A DNA stretch of 24,576 nt from Octopus sinensis (taxonomy: Eukaryota). A program made the translations under genes and the position numbers. The notes beneath the pieces were generated by a model. That model saw only the letters and a program-made list of their open reading frames with translations, searched no databases and was not told the DNA's origin. The DNA is taken from the NCBI RefSeq assembly GCF_006345805.1, contig NW_021836368.1, positions 1 through 24,576 on the forward strand, read 5' to 3'. This document shows positions 21,170 to 24,576 of this stretch, in pieces (positions within the stretch are counted from its first letter, which is position 1; each line of letters begins with the position of its first letter).

Positions 21170-21692
21170 TTTCTCTTATAAGCACAAGGCCTGGAATTTT
21201 AGAGGAAGGGATCTCGTTGATTACCCCGTCTCCAGTGCCCAACTAGTGCGTATTTTATTGATTCCGAAAAGCTGAAAGGTAAAGTCGCCCCTGTTGGAAT
21301 TTGAACTCAGAACCCGAAGAGCCAGAAAAATGTCACTATTTTGTCAGCTTACCACCTAAAAGTATTAATCAATAATATTAATGCAATAATAATTATACCA
21401 CGTTAATGATATTTGTACTTTACATCAACAACTATAATAATGGTTTCTAATTATGACACAAGACCAACTATTTTAGGGAGTGCTCCACCGATTCTTTCAT
21501 TTTATCGACCCCGAAAGATGAAAAACAAAGTCGACCTCGGCGGAATTTGAACTCTATACGAAAAAATACTGCTAAGTATGTTGTCTAGTGTGGTAACAAT
21601 TCTGCCTGCTCGCCGCCTTAATAATAATAGTAATAATGATTTCAAATTTTAGTACGAGGCCAGCAATTTACAGGAAGTGGTGAAGTCGATTA
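21170..21692 (-). mobile_element. Head-to-tail cluster of three B' SINE copies/fragments (B core with a different 3' tail)
   Basis: Copies at ~21170-21359, ~21444-21620 and a tail-only piece at ~21638-21692. They share GGAATTTGAACTC / TCGACCCCGAAAG with family B but end in a CACAAGGCC-type tail and (TAA)n. Confidence 0.75.
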
Positions 21693-22289
21693 TAATGCTA
21701 TTTTACAACAAAATCAACAACAACAACAACAATAACAATATTATTAGAAAGAAATTTAGGAGAAAAATGCTTGAAAACATTCTTGAAGTCTTTTTAGCCA
21801 ACCAGTAACTTTAGAATTGTTTGAAAGGGACAACTTCAAGAAAGAGATGCTTTCTTTAGAATAAATCACAAAAAATGAATAAAAATGATAATAGATCTTA
21901 TTTCAGGGAAATAAAAAGGATAGAAAATAATCTGTTTGTTTGTTGTGTGTGTTTATTGTTTTATTATTAACAGAAATATAACAGAAATCGATATAAATGG
22001 AAGAATTGTGGAATGTTAAACAATTCTTAATGTCAATGGTTTAAAAAAGACAATAGAAAACTAACAATTTATAAATACCATTGTAGTTTGCAAGCTCCAT
22101 AAAAATAATAAATACCGAGGCTTTTAAATAAGACAATGGACAAATAAAATCATTTATAGAATACATTGTACCTTAATAACAACAAAAAAGTGATGTGAAC
22201 GTCTCTTTAAATACAAAATAATCGAGAAAAGGAAAAATAAAGATTTTCCTGTCACTTATACATTTACTCGTGTGTCACTGATGACAGCT

Positions 22290-24290
22290 ACTTCTTATCA
22301 GGCTTATAGTTGGTTGCTTTAAATGATAGAGGAAGGGATCTAGTTTTATCAGGCAGGCTCCTTCTATAATTAGATATGACGAACTTCAACAGTGTAAACA
22401 ATGACTGCCAGGCGGGGTATGGCGATGAATATACAATTAATATTGTGACTTCAAGATTTTTCAGACGGGAAACAGTTGCAGGCCATATAATCAATAAATC
22501 TGTTCAAAAAACAACATTAAGAAATATAACAGGAGAGGTATTAACTGGAACGGTGGTTCAAATATTACTTCTTTCGGTTCTTTCTCGTTTCTTCCTTACA
22601 TATTTGATTTGGTTTTACGAAGAATTTATTACAAATCATCTGCATTTTCTTTAAGCAATTCACAGTTGCAGGACAGTTGCTGCTGTGCTGCCAGAACAGG
22701 GAGATCCATTCTCAGTAAGCTGGTCTATAAGTTTCTTTTAAGTAGTGTTTGTTTTAGCTCCTGGAGTCTTTTATTGCGAGTTTCAGTGTTTGAGACAATT
22801 GTGGAGATTCTTCTACTAGATGAAAGGGAATATCATTCTTCGCGTGTTTGAGATGGTATGAAAAGAATAGTAAGTATTGTATAGAATCTGTTTGTTTGTT
22901 TGTTTGTAGTGAATGTTTGTTTCAATGTATTTTTTAAATCTGTTTTGATGATCAGTATATCCAGGAATGGTAGTTGAGTTTTACTGTATTCCATGGTAAA
23001 GTTTATATTATTGTTCATGCTGTTGCTCAGGTTTTTAAAATTTATAAGTTGTTTAAATGTGTGCGTCCATAGGATTAGGAAGTCATCTAAGTAACGCTTC
23101 CAGTTTTGTAGTTGACATTTGTAGTAGTTCAAGTCATATTTTAATTTTGATTGTTCGTATATCCAGACCTCCATGTAAGCCATGACTAGATTGGCGTAAG
23201 TCGGAGTAACTTTTGTCACCATCGCAGTGCCAGATATTTATTTGTAAATATTGCCATCGAAGTAACAAAAGTTGTTTTCGAGGATGAAATTTAATCCTTC
23301 AGTGATGAAACGTTTTTTAATTTTGTCTGGTATTTCATAAGGGAATTTCTCGAGCCAGAAATTTATTGCCTCTAGTCCATATTGGTGTGGGATTGGGGTA
23401 TAGAGTTTTACCACATGAAAAGATGCAATAGTGGTATCATTATTTATGGATTTTGGGAGATGGTTTAACAGTCCAGATCGTCCCTTACAAGACTTGGTAT
23501 GTATTTTAAAATAGGTTTCAGTAATATTGCTAAAATGTTGCTGAGTCTGTATGCTTCACAGTCGGGCCTGCTACGATTGGTCTAAATTTAAGATCGGTGG
23601 GATATGTATTTTATGCAATTTGAAGTTGGTTCTTTACATGCATTCTTAATAGCTTGATTCTTATGGATTTTTGGGAGACCGTAGAATTAGCTAGTCTTGC
23701 AATCAAAATGGATTAGGTAGTCACATTCTTTGTTTGTTAAACCTTTTTGGTGTCTGCGAATGAGTGTGTTCAGTTTAGTCACTGTCTTTGGTTTTTGGTG
23801 ATTATTTACCTTTTCGTAGTTGGTCATATATTGTAATATAGATAGTATATCTCTTTTTTAGTGTTCAATATTCATAACTCTAGCACATCCCTTATCTACT
23901 TCCTTAATTATAAAGTTGTTATTGTTTTTCAGTTCGTGTATAATATCCCATTCCTTTCGACTGGTATTGCACTTGATTTTAGGGTGTGGAAGTTCTTTGT
24001 AAAGGAAGGTAGACAGGTTTCGGAGCTGCCTTGAGGCCGTAGTGAAAGCTGAGGCGGATACTTTTAGTAAACTGTCATCTCTCAGCCATATTTTAGTTAA
24101 TATTTTTGATATTTCAAATACTTTATTTTTGGCTGGATATTGTGTTTTTCTTTTCCTTTTATGCAAACTGTCAAATTTAGTCTGAACACCCTGTATATAA
24201 TTTCTTATTATGCTCCGAACTCGACCAACGCTGTTTTTCTGAAACAGGTGTATACTAAATTCTAACACCAGGTTACTAGTATCGCTATAC
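22290..24290 (-). pseudogene. Decayed Penelope-like element (PLE) reverse transcriptase ORF
   Basis: Minus-strand motifs in order: WDIIHELKNNNNFIIKEVDKG, FYGLPKIHK (23660-23686), RPIVAGP, SF(H)VVKLYTPIPH (motif A with D>H), SGTAMVTKVTPTYANLVM (motif B), WKRYLDD (motif C), FTMEYSKTQLPFLDILI, and RR.STIVSNTETRNKRLQEL (thumb). Multiple stops and frameshifts; no GIY-YIG motif could be read. Confidence 0.92.
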
Positions 24291-24576
24291 CTGAGTGAAA
24301 TATATCATATATCATAATATATCATATATCATTTATGATATATGATATCATGATATATCATATATCATAAATACACACACACACATCACACACACACACA
24401 CACACACATATATAAAAGAAGGAAAGAAAATGGAGATTAGAAAGCTAATTGTTTATTATTAACAGCAAATTGGTCATCTTCACTTACATCCGTAAACAAT
24501 TATTAACTTTCTAATTTCCATTTTCGTTTCTTCTTTTTCTTCTATATGTTTTTATAGACACTGATTATTTTAACGA

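Noticed and set aside
22278-22310. Plus-strand CTGATGA as a second hammerhead core
   Set aside because: No stem II followed by GAAA and no cleavage triplet downstream.

Overview
AT-rich, microsatellite-dense eukaryotic non-coding DNA. The repeat landscape looks like a cephalopod (octopus-like) genome; this is inferred from recalled repeat families, not from a search. Most supplied ORFs are translations of (TATG)n, (TA)n, (GT)n and (GA)n tracts and are not genes. The real content is: (i) many tRNA-derived SINE copies of at least three families, which I label A, B/B' and D, two of them with clean target-site duplications; (ii) decayed autonomous elements: an RTE-type LINE RT fragment, a DUF4817-type Tc1/mariner transposase and a Penelope-like (PLE) reverse transcriptase; (iii) a 13-copy ~64-bp minisatellite and a near-identical ~260-bp local duplication; (iv) a probable short first coding exon of a minus-strand host gene near 20.1 kb. 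The most interesting object is a ~325-bp insert inside the central TA tract of a SINE (20621-20945). It carries 50-bp inverted repeats, each built from two hairpins, enclosing a minimal type I hammerhead-ribozyme motif with a compensatory U3:A8 core pair. It is probably a Penelope-derived 3' end or non-autonomous ribozyme element.
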